Positions 20,607 through 28,423 of a stretch of DNA of 62,031 nt are shown in pieces. This DNA is from Alphaproteobacteria bacterium (GTDB taxonomy: Bacteria; Pseudomonadota; Alphaproteobacteria; CBDDJK01). Every line of letters starts with the position of its first letter. Within the stretch, counting starts at the first letter, position 1. The position numbers and the translations under genes are program-made. The stretch is taken from contig JBGCED010000007.1 of NCBI GenBank assembly GCA_045106055.1, positions 1 through 62,031 of the forward strand, in the 5' to 3' direction. The notes beneath the pieces are model-generated. The model saw nothing but the letters and a program-made list of their open reading frames with translations, made no database searches and was not told where the DNA came from.

Positions 20607-20900
20607 TCAACTGGTTTCAGGAACAAGCGGGATAACGATAATGTCCTTTTCAGATGCAGCCGCTTGCGCCAAATCATAGGCGGTTTGCATTTTATACCAA
20701 GTTTCTGCGCCGCCGCCAAACAGCTTATCCAAACGAATTGCCATTTCAGCCGATATGCGCGCACGCCCATGAATTAAGGATGATAAATGCTTGCGGCTTA
20801 CCCCTAATCTGCGGGCAGCTTCGCTAATGCTAAGCTTTAAAGGATCAAGGCAATCATATTTAACAGAAAGGCCTGGATGGGGTGGGTTTTTCATGCGCAT
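20607..20900 (-). CDS. higA: HigA-family antitoxin (XRE-type HTH)
   Basis: 97 aa; HPG...[19 protein letters not shown]...IS.EMA.RL pattern of HigA/VapI; located downstream of higB in the reversed toxin-first order. Confidence 0.85.
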   Translation of the reverse strand: MRMKNPPHPGLSVKYDCLDPLKLSISEAARRLGVSRKHLSSLIHGRARISAEMAIRLDKLFGGGAETWYKMQTAYDLAQAAASEKDIIVIPLVPETS

Positions 20901-20926
20901 TATAATGCTCCTGATGATAAATTCTT

Positions 20927-21205
20927 TTAATGATAATCTATAAGGTCAATATCCGTTATGTTTTCTTGCTCAAACCGAAAAATTACGCGCATATTTGCTG
21001 ATATGCTGATCGCCCAATAATGATTAAAATTGCCAACCAAAGGATGCAGCCGATAACTAGGTAAATTCATATCTTCGGGCTTTTCTGCTTGGTCTAAGCG
21101 TGCAAGCACGCGTTCAATTTTATCAATATATTTTGCCGATAATTTACTGCGATCTCCTTTTTGATAGAGCAAACGCAAGCCCTTATGTTTGATATGTATA
21201 ATCAT
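20927..21205 (-). CDS. higB: HigB toxin (RelE/ParE superfamily, plasmid maintenance system killer)
   Basis: 92 aa; [13 protein letters not shown] ... YRLHPL.G....YWAISI.AN.R.IF.F ... DYH closely follows the HigB pattern. Confidence 0.88.
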   Translation of the reverse strand: MIIHIKHKGLRLLYQKGDRSKLSAKYIDKIERVLARLDQAEKPEDMNLPSYRLHPLVGNFNHYWAISISANMRVIFRFEQENITDIDLIDYH

Positions 21206-21269
21206 AGATAAAGTGTAACCTAAATGGTTTCAACATTCAAGTTTTTTGTCTTAAAACAATTTGCTATGC

Positions 21270-21307
21270 ATCCATCTTGCCAATCTTGCTAACGCTGATT
21301 GTTTAAA
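21270..21307. repeat. att-like repeat, middle copy (B half atccatcttgccaatcttgc + t + A half aacgctgattgtttaaa) between the two TA cassettes
   Basis: B half is 20/20 identical to 21984..22003; A half is 17/17 identical to 20573..20589. Confidence 0.85.
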
Positions 21308-21584
21308 AGCTTAAATTGCTGTGGCTTTCCATTCGGATAAGTTCCAGCTCATCATATTCTGTTTTGCGGTAAATTAAGACTAAATCTGGATAGATATGGC
21401 AGTCTCTGCAATCTTTGTATTTTCCAATTAAGGCGTGATCGCACGCGGATTCTGGCAAGGGCTGATCATGGATTAGGCGGTTTACAATCTCTGTTAATTC
21501 TTTATCCAGCGTTTTTGCATATCGTCCTTTTTTAATGCGGCGATAATCTTTTTTAAACGCTGTTGACCATTTAATCTCACGCAT
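21303..21584 (-). CDS. YafQ/RelE-family type II toxin (mRNA interferase)
   Basis: 93 aa; FKKDY.R..KR ... PLP....DH.L.G.....R.CHI.PD.VLIY ... pattern of YafQ; 8-nt overlap with the upstream antitoxin ORF. Confidence 0.8.
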   Translation of the reverse strand: MREIKWSTAFKKDYRRIKKGRYAKTLDKELTEIVNRLIHDQPLPESACDHALIGKYKDCRDCHIYPDLVLIYRKTEYDELELIRMESHSNLSF

Positions 21585-21843
21585 TCAAATCATCAAATAA
21601 GGCATCAAGGGAAGCTGATTGTTGCAATTTACCCGCGCGCGCTTCCTCTATGGCGGAAATGGTTGCTGCGTTTGGAATGATCACATCAGACGAAGCGTGT
21701 TTTTTTGAATTAATCGTTTTGTGAGCAGCATTCGATATTGCTTTGTTCGAAACACGCCCTGTCACTTTTGATTCTGTTTTTACCCCTGCGCCTGTTTTTA
21801 CACTAAGAATATTGCCCATCATCATCCCCTTTTTTAAACCCAT
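21577..21843 (-). CDS. DinJ/RelB-like antitoxin, C-terminal toxin-binding segment only (no recognisable RHH domain)
   Basis: C-terminus IPNAATISAIEEARAGKLQQSASLDALFDDLNA resembles the DinJ C-terminus (EPNQLTIQSIKNSEAG...ADDLFDKLGI). The N-terminal 50 residues are S/K/T/G-rich low complexity; the start codon is uncertain. Confidence 0.55.
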   Translation of the reverse strand: MGLKKGMMMGNILSVKTGAGVKTESKVTGRVSNKAISNAAHKTINSKKHASSDVIIPNAATISAIEEARAGKLQQSASLDALFDDLNA

Positions 21844-21983
21844 AAGTAATCCTTATATAGATGTATGATAACATAAAAACATTATTTCAAAAACATTTTT
21901 TTAAATGCGCTTATCACCATTCCGCCTCTGATAGCTGCATAATGGGCAGCGGGCAGCAATGCACCCGCGATTTTCTGGGCTTT

Positions 21984-22021
21984 ATCCATCTTGCCAATCT
22001 TGCCAATGATGATCATTTAAA
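21984..22021. repeat. att-like repeat, right copy (B half identical, A half degenerate 13/17), overlapping the permease stop codon
   Basis: atccatcttgccaatcttgc + c + aatgatgatcatttaaa. On the minus strand this is the end of the permease gene plus the following 24 nt and an ATGGAT. Confidence 0.8.
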
Positions 22022-23062
22022 GACAAAGCGGTATTTTACCAGCACATCGGCAGCAAGTAAGAAAAATAGCAGCATGCCTTGAAATATGCCCGTGACGGCG
22101 TTGGGCATATTTAGCTGAACTTGCGCGGCTTCCCCGCCTAAGAAGCTTAGGGCAAGCACAAGCCCTGCAAGCAAAATACCCACAGGATGTAACCGCCCCA
22201 AAAACGCAACGATGATCGCTGTAAAGCCATAGCCTGGCGATATGGATGGCACAATTTGCCCAATTGGGCCTGCAACCTCAAAAATGCCCGCAAGCCCAGC
22301 GCCAGCCCCGCTGATCATAAAGGATGCCCAGACGATTTTTTTGGGATTAACTCCCGCAAAAGCCGCCGCGCGCGGGGCTTGCCCGATGGTTTTAAAATGA
22401 AAGCCTGCAATATGTTTTGATAGGATCAGCCACGCAACCCCAACAATGATCAAGGCAGCAAATGCGCCATAATGCAATCTTGTGCCAAGCAAGGTGGGAA
22501 TTAAGGCGGCATCGTGGAACAGCCGTGATTCTGGAAAGCTGTAACCATCTGGGTCTTTTAACGGGCCGTGGATCAGCAAGCTTAACAGCAAATTGGCGAC
22601 ATAGACCAGCATCAGCGAAGTTAAAATCTCGTTCGCATTAAAGCGGGTTTTGAAGAAAGCGGGCAGGCAAGCCCATAGCATCCCCCCTGCCGTCCCTGCA
22701 ATTAGCATCAAAGGCAGCACAAAAATACTGTCAACTTCATAGAATAAAAGCGCGACGCTGCCACCTGCAAGCCCGCCAATGATAAATTGCCCCTCTGCGC
22801 CAATGTTCCACACCCCCGCGCGAAAGCCAAAGGATAGACCAACCCCGATCAATATTAGCGGGGTTGCTTTTAAGAATAATTCAGCAATGCCGCGCTTGCT
22901 GGTCACGGGATCAATGAAGAAAATGCGCAATGCTTCAAGCGCATTTACCCCCAATATGTTAAATAGCATCATGCCCGCAATTAAGGTAAGCGCGACTGCC
23001 AATAATGGTGCGCCATAGATCATTGAATTTGCTATTTCTGGTCTTGCTTCAAGCTTAATCAT
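22013..23062 (-). CDS. ABC transporter permease (BMP/nucleoside-type, YufP/RnsC-like)
   Basis: 349 aa, about 9-10 TM segments; FRAGVWNIGAEGQFIIGG motif typical of this permease family; downstream of the duplicated-ATPase gene. Confidence 0.8.
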   Translation of the reverse strand: MIKLEARPEIANSMIYGAPLLAVALTLIAGMMLFNILGVNALEALRIFFIDPVTSKRGIAELFLKATPLILIGVGLSFGFRAGVWNIGAEGQFIIGGLAGGSVALLFYEVDSIFVLPLMLIAGTAGGMLWACLPAFFKTRFNANEILTSLMLVYVANLLLSLLIHGPLKDPDGYSFPESRLFHDAALIPTLLGTRLHYGAFAALIIVGVAWLILSKHIAGFHFKTIGQAPRAAAFAGVNPKKIVWASFMISGAGAGLAGIFEVAGPIGQIVPSISPGYGFTAIIVAFLGRLHPVGILLAGLVLALSFLGGEAAQVQLNMPNAVTGIFQGMLLFFLLAADVLVKYRFVFK

Positions 23063-23096
23063 CTGTTTATGGCCTAAAAATATTTATCATCTTGTG

Positions 23097-24629
23097 TTAA
23101 GCGGCCGCGCCGCCCATTAGCAGCCCAACCTGTTTCGCGCTGATGGTTGCGGCGGGCTTGGGCTGGGATAGCTCCCCCTCGCTCATCACGGCAATTTCAT
23201 CGGCTAGGGTGAAAATTTCATCCAAATCTTGCGAGATGATTAAAATTGCAGTTCCCTTGCTTGCCAAATCCAGCAAGGCTTGGTGAATTGCGGTGGCTGC
23301 CCCTGCATCAACGCCCCATGTTGGCTGCAAAATAATCATTAATTCGGGGGCTTGTAATATTTCGCGCCCCATAATGAATTTTTGCAAATTTCCCCCTGAA
23401 AGGCTTGCTGCTTCATGGTTTGCAGAAGGGGTTTTAACTTGAAATTGCGTGATGATATTGCGGGCAAACTCAATTGCCTTATGCTGATTGATAAAGCCTT
23501 TTTGAACCAAATTTTTGGTGGTGCTTGCGCTTAGTAGCGTATTTTCCCACAAGCTCATATCAGGGACTGCCCCATGACCAAGCCGTTCTTCAGGCACAAA
23601 GGCCATTTTTAAATTGCGGCGTTGGTTGGGGCCAAGATCATCAATCGGCGCGCCTTTGAAAAACAGGCAATTCTGGCTTTGCGCAAGCCGTGTTTCGCCA
23701 GTAAGCACCGCCATAAGCTCGCTTTGACCATTGCCTGCAAGCCCTGCAATTCCTAAGATTTTGCCGGCGAACAGATCAATATGAATTGATTTTAAAGAAA
23801 CACTATGCGAATCTTTTGCAGGGGCGGATAGAGTGTTGATTTTCAAAATCGGGATGCTTTCACTGGAAGCCGCCTTATCATCATCGGCAGGCGGTTTGCG
23901 CGCCGTTTTAAGCACCGCGCCCATCATCATTTCAGCAAGCGATTTTGCGGTTTCTTGCGCAGGATCGCACGCATTTACGATCTTTCCAAGCCGCATAATG
24001 GTTGCCTTATGGCATAATTTGCGAATTTCTTCCAAGCGATGGCTGATATATAAAATGGCAACCCCTTCGCTTGCAAGCCGTTCCAGCGTTTCAAATAATT
24101 TATCGGCTTCTTGCGGGGTTAGAACCGATGTTGGCTCGTCCATAATTAACAATTCAGGCGATTGCAGCAAGCAGCGCACAATCTCTATGCGTTGGCGTTC
24201 CCCAACCGATAGTGACCATACATGGCGTTGTGGATCAAGCGACAGCCCATAAGCCGCCGATATTTCGCGAATGCGCCCCGCAAGATCGCCGCCCGCAAGT
24301 TCAAGCGGCAGCCCAACCGCAATATTTTCCGTCACCGTCATTGAATCAAATAAGGAAAAATGCTGGAATACCATACCGATTCTCAAGGATCGCGCCATAT
24401 TAGGGGATTCGATGGCAATATGCTGCCCCTTATGCAAGATCACGCCATCATCAGGCTGCAAAATGCCGTAAATGATTTTGACCAAAGTGCTTTTTCCCGC
24501 GCCATTTTCACCCAGCAGCGCGTGAATTTCGCCCTTATGAATTTCAAGATCAACTTGATCATTGGCGATTGTGCCAGGGAATTTTTTTGTAATCCCCTTC
24601 AAGGATAATAAAGGCGTTGCGTGATTCAT
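23097..24629 (-). CDS. ABC transporter ATP-binding protein with two fused ATPase domains (sugar/nucleoside importer type)
   Basis: Walker A GENGAGKST; signatures LSVGERQR and LSGGNLQK; Walker B LLIMDEPT; 510 aa. Confidence 0.9.
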   Translation of the reverse strand: MNHATPLLSLKGITKKFPGTIANDQVDLEIHKGEIHALLGENGAGKSTLVKIIYGILQPDDGVILHKGQHIAIESPNMARSLRIGMVFQHFSLFDSMTVTENIAVGLPLELAGGDLAGRIREISAAYGLSLDPQRHVWSLSVGERQRIEIVRCLLQSPELLIMDEPTSVLTPQEADKLFETLERLASEGVAILYISHRLEEIRKLCHKATIMRLGKIVNACDPAQETAKSLAEMMMGAVLKTARKPPADDDKAASSESIPILKINTLSAPAKDSHSVSLKSIHIDLFAGKILGIAGLAGNGQSELMAVLTGETRLAQSQNCLFFKGAPIDDLGPNQRRNLKMAFVPEERLGHGAVPDMSLWENTLLSASTTKNLVQKGFINQHKAIEFARNIITQFQVKTPSANHEAASLSGGNLQKFIMGREILQAPELMIILQPTWGVDAGAATAIHQALLDLASKGTAILIISQDLDEIFTLADEIAVMSEGELSQPKPAATISAKQVGLLMGGAAA

Positions 24630-24819
24630 AACATTGCTTTAATTGAAAAATGATTGAATGCCAGTTTCACTTTTTTTCTTAATAAGGTCAATAGAAATAT
24701 TGATGTTGACAAGCCTTGGAAAATCACTGTATTACTTAACTTGAATATAAAACCTGTTTATATATGCTTAATGAAACGCTTAAGATGCTTGTTTGGCACA
24801 AAAGCAAAAATCCTGTCAC

Positions 24820-24891
24820 ACGGGTTTTCGGACTGAGACGGGCTTTCGGATTGAAACGGGCCTTTGAATTGAAATTGGCTTTTGGATTGAA
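24820..24891. repeat. four tandem 18-bp imperfect repeats in a 626-bp non-coding gap
   Basis: acgggttttcggactgag / acgggctttcggattgaa / acgggcctttgaattgaa / attggcttttggattgaa, head to tail. Confidence 0.9.
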
Positions 24892-25255
24892 TTTTATTTC
24901 ATCCCAATTTAATGGATATTTTCCAAATATAAGCATATATTGTAATCTAAGCATATTATAGAGCAATAAACTGATTTTCCGCCCATATATTATAAATGAT
25001 CTATATATTTTAAATGCTTGATCTGTTGTGATCGCGAAATATCTAGGCTTGGTGCGGCATTAAAAATTCCATTAAAAACTCAATTAAACATTCGGTGAAA
25101 TTTACAAAAAACATAAATACTGATCCTTTTATGCGCCTTGGCATTAAGCTTTTATGTTTAATGTTAATGGATCAGGCATTTAAAAATAATATCATTATTA
25201 TTATAAACATTACGCATAATCATAAATTTTATAACCAAAACCAAAGAGGGTAATT

Positions 25256-26182
25256 GTGGGCGATACAGGCTATTCAAGCAATCATAATCAAAAAAGGCGC
25301 GTTTCGCGCAACAGCCGTTCTGATGGCGCGCGTTCAGGCAGTAATGGGGGATCACGCGGCCGCAATCATGGGGGCGGTCATGGTGGGGGCGGTCATGGTG
25401 GCGGCCGGGCCAATCATTCTGCGGGCGCAAGATCGAATAATGGCAATTTTGATTCGATTGGACCAAGCGTTCGCATTAAGGGATCTGCGCGTCAAGTTTT
25501 TGAAAAATATCAGCAAATGGCGCGCGAAATTCGCGGCAGTGATGAACGGGTGCTGATGGAAAATTATTATCAACATGCCGATCATTATTTCAGAATTTGG
25601 CTGGCGGATAATGAACGCGAGCAAGCACAAGCAGGAAATGCAGCGGATGCAAACGCCACCGATAAAGGCAATGATGATGCACAAAGCTTAAAAGAAGCAG
25701 CTGGCAAGGATCAAAAAAGAACGGGCAGAACATCCCCCCGCCAACCCAAGCAAACTAATCCCAAAGAAACCAATCCCAAAGAAACACGGGCAAGCGAGCA
25801 TAATACAGAAGAAAATGGCGCAGCAGTGCCAAGCAAAGTTGAAGCTGGGTTTCATCCAGAAATCGGACTTCCTTTACATTATACGGATGCTGGTATTGAC
25901 GGAAAAGCCGCAGAAAATATTGCGGGGGAGGGCGCGGGGCAAGATCAACCGGCGGTTAAACGCGCAACCCGCCGCTATGCTGCGCCCAAAACAAAGAAAG
26001 CAACAACAGAGTCAGCGACTGAAAATGATGGTGCAAATGCTGGTGAAACTGGCGGTGATGATGCGATTAAAAACACACTTGCATCAGATTCAAGCGAATC
26101 AGAACCAAAGCGCAAAATCAGCAGAGCAAAGCCAAAATCAAAAACAGCCCCAGCCGTTGAAGATGGCAATTTAACGCTTTAG
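25256..26182 (+). CDS. DUF4167 domain protein (R/G/H-rich N-terminus, conserved core, K/E/T-rich tail)
   Basis: Core SARQVFEKYQQMAREIRGSDERVLMENYYQHADHYFRI matches the DUF4167 signature. GTG start is preceded by AGAGGG. Contains HGGGHGGGGHGGG and TNPKETNPKET repeats. Confidence 0.75.
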   Translation: MGDTGYSSNHNQKRRVSRNSRSDGARSGSNGGSRGRNHGGGHGGGGHGGGRANHSAGARSNNGNFDSIGPSVRIKGSARQVFEKYQQMAREIRGSDERVLMENYYQHADHYFRIWLADNEREQAQAGNAADANATDKGNDDAQSLKEAAGKDQKRTGRTSPRQPKQTNPKETNPKETRASEHNTEENGAAVPSKVEAGFHPEIGLPLHYTDAGIDGKAAENIAGEGAGQDQPAVKRATRRYAAPKTKKATTESATENDGANAGETGGDDAIKNTLASDSSESEPKRKISRAKPKSKTAPAVEDGNLTL

Positions 26183-26225
26183 ACCTTATTCCATTCAAAT
26201 CAGAACGAAACAGGCTGGGAATGAT

Positions 26226-27017
26226 ATGGTAAAAATCGCGACCTATAATGCAAATTCATTAAGAATCAGGCTGGATCATTTCATTCCATGGCTTGGCGAA
26301 TTTGAACCTGATATTGTTTTAATTCAAGAAACAAAAGTGACGGATGATTTATTTCCTGTGGATGCGTTTAAGCAAGCGGGGTATCATGCTGAATTTTATG
26401 GTCAAAAATCCTATAATGGGGTGGCGATTCTTTCCAAGCATAAAATGGAAGATGTGATCAAGGGCTTGCCAAATTTTAGCGAAGATGAAAATGCGCGGGT
26501 CATTGCCGCAAGCATCAATGGGGTGCGTTATTTCTCGCTTTACTGCCCAAATGGCAACCCCATTGGCGCGCCTGATGATTATAGCGAAAAATTCACCTAT
26601 AAGCTTGATTTTATGGCGCGGCTTTATCAATTTGTAAAAGATGTGCTGATCCCAAGTGAGCAGCCTTTTTTATTGGGCGGTGATTTTAACATTTGCCCGC
26701 TGGATATTGATTGCTATGATCCTGCTGGCTTTAAAAATGATGCTTTATGCCAGCCCCAATCGCGCCATTTCCATCAAAGCTTAATCCATTTGGGGCTTGC
26801 TGATGCGTGGCGCACCTTAAATCCCGCGCCTGCGGTTGGCTATAGCTATTGGGATTATCAAGGCGGGCGTTTTTTCAAAGATGATGGGCTGCGGATTGAT
26901 CATTTTTTGCTAAGCCCCGCGCTTAATGACCGTCTGCTTGATGCGGGCGTCGCAGTTACCTTGCGCCAGCAAGAACGCCCATCCGATCACACCCCCGTCT
27001 GGATCACCCTTAAATAG
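26226..27017 (+). CDS. xthA: exodeoxyribonuclease III
   Basis: 263 aa; NANSLR, LIQETK, GGDFNI and SDHTPV motifs of the EEP/ExoIII family. Confidence 0.9.
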   Translation: MVKIATYNANSLRIRLDHFIPWLGEFEPDIVLIQETKVTDDLFPVDAFKQAGYHAEFYGQKSYNGVAILSKHKMEDVIKGLPNFSEDENARVIAASINGVRYFSLYCPNGNPIGAPDDYSEKFTYKLDFMARLYQFVKDVLIPSEQPFLLGGDFNICPLDIDCYDPAGFKNDALCQPQSRHFHQSLIHLGLADAWRTLNPAPAVGYSYWDYQGGRFFKDDGLRIDHFLLSPALNDRLLDAGVAVTLRQQERPSDHTPVWITLK

Positions 27018-27041
27018 CCAATCTTGCGCTGATATTTAATC

Positions 27042-27737
27042 CTAAATGCGGGCTTTTTCAAATTCCGCCCATGCTGCTTCAAATGCGTTAAAATCAAAAT
27101 TTGAATTGCGGGCGGGATCAAGAATTAATTTTTCAGTATCTTGCATTTTTTTAATTGCAGCCTCCAGCTGATCGACAATATCGGGGGGGATCACAACCGC
27201 GCCATGACGATCGGCGTGAATTAAATCGCCTTGCTTAATGGTTAAGCCCATCACGGTTACAGGCTGATTGATGGTTTTAACATGGACAAAGCCATGGCTT
27301 GGGCCAATGCTGCCCGCGATGACAGGAAAATCTGGGGCCATATCGCCCAAATCGCGCATCACGCCATTGGTTAACGCGCCCGCCATCCCAAAGCCTTTAT
27401 GGATATTTGTATTTACTTCCCCCCAATAAGCGCCGATTGCATTTGGATAATCCATATCTTGAATCACTGCAACCGAAGGCTTTGCGCCCTCTGCCATTGC
27501 TTTATAATATGCCATGCGGCGGGCGCGGATGGTTGCCGCATCTTCGCTTGGGGGACTAAGCGCAGCAATTTGCGCGGTGACCGCATAACCAACCATCACG
27601 CCTGTTGGGTCGGATGCAAGCATGGTGCCGCGCGTAAAATCATTAAAGCCGCGCTTTCCTTGCGCAACCTCAATCGCATTACACACGGTTGGCGTATCCA
27701 CGCTTTGTAATAGGGCTAATAATGTGTCTTTCATCAT
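27042..27737 (-). CDS. RraA-family protein (4-hydroxy-4-methyl-2-oxoglutarate aldolase / oxaloacetate decarboxylase-like)
   Basis: 231 aa; VCNAIE..., GAYWGEVNT, GALTNGVMRD, DLIHADRHGAVVIP pattern of the RraA/HMG-aldolase fold. Confidence 0.75.
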   Translation of the reverse strand: MMKDTLLALLQSVDTPTVCNAIEVAQGKRGFNDFTRGTMLASDPTGVMVGYAVTAQIAALSPPSEDAATIRARRMAYYKAMAEGAKPSVAVIQDMDYPNAIGAYWGEVNTNIHKGFGMAGALTNGVMRDLGDMAPDFPVIAGSIGPSHGFVHVKTINQPVTVMGLTIKQGDLIHADRHGAVVIPPDIVDQLEAAIKKMQDTEKLILDPARNSNFDFNAFEAAWAEFEKARI

Positions 27738-28423
27738 GCCTCCAGCCAGTTAATAAGGGCTTTATTGGTTGCTTGCGCTTGTTCAAGTGTGGGCATATGC
27801 CCTGCATTTTCAATGATTTCCAAATGTGAATTTTCAAGCAAATCATGCATTAATTCATGGTAAGCAATGGGACAAAGCATATCATGTCGCCCGCAAAGCA
27901 CAAGCGCGGGTTTTTTAAAAGCGCGCAATGTGTCTTGCTGATCCAAGCGATCACGCAAAGCAACCGATTGCCGTAAAAATACGCCCGCACCCAGTCCTAA
28001 GCCCATATCCATACATAAATCAAGAATATTCTGTTTTTGGGGGCTTTCAACCAGATAATTTGGCTTTAATTCATCGCGCAAAATATCCCGTAATTTGCCA
28101 TTTTTAACCGCTTCCATTTGCGCAAATCGCCGCGCGGATATTTCGGCGCGCTCTGCTTGCGGATTCGTATCCATCAGCGCAATCCGCGCAATCCGATCAG
28201 GCGCAAGCCGCATCATTTCCATTGCCACAATCCCGCCCATGGATAATCCTGCAAGCGCAAAGATGGGCGGCGCGTCCGCCAAAATGCTGTGGGCGATTGC
28301 GGTCATATTATCATATGCGCCAATATCGCGCACTTGAATTTCATGGGATGTAATCGCAGCGATTTGCGGCGCAAATAACCGCGCATCACACATCATACCA
28401 GGCAAAAAAATCAGCGGGATCAT
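27734..28423 (-). CDS. alpha/beta-fold hydrolase
   Basis: 229 aa; nucleophile elbow GLSMGG and C-terminal His (NAGHMP); 4-nt overlaps with both neighbours. Confidence 0.8.
   Translation of the reverse strand: MIPLIFLPGMMCDARLFAPQIAAITSHEIQVRDIGAYDNMTAIAHSILADAPPIFALAGLSMGGIVAMEMMRLAPDRIARIALMDTNPQAERAEISARRFAQMEAVKNGKLRDILRDELKPNYLVESPQKQNILDLCMDMGLGLGAGVFLRQSVALRDRLDQQDTLRAFKKPALVLCGRHDMLCPIAYHELMHDLLENSHLEIIENAGHMPTLEQAQATNKALINWLEA

Noticed and set aside
20545-22021. Integron gene cassettes with attC sites
   Set aside because: There is no intI gene, the half-sites do not fit the GTTRRRY / RYYYAAC core consensus, and no attC-like imperfect palindrome is evident. They are kept only as generic att-like repeats.
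21861-22082. 73-aa plus-strand ORF between the TA cassette and the permease
   Set aside because: It overlaps the 3' end of the permease gene on the opposite strand, has no RBS or motifs, and spans an att-like repeat.
24736-24966. Short ORFs on both strands spanning the 18-bp repeat array (RAFGLK-type or FNPKA-type peptide repeats)
   Set aside because: There is no RBS, no recognisable domain and AT-rich non-coding context. The periodic peptides are a by-product of an 18-bp (6-codon) DNA repeat.
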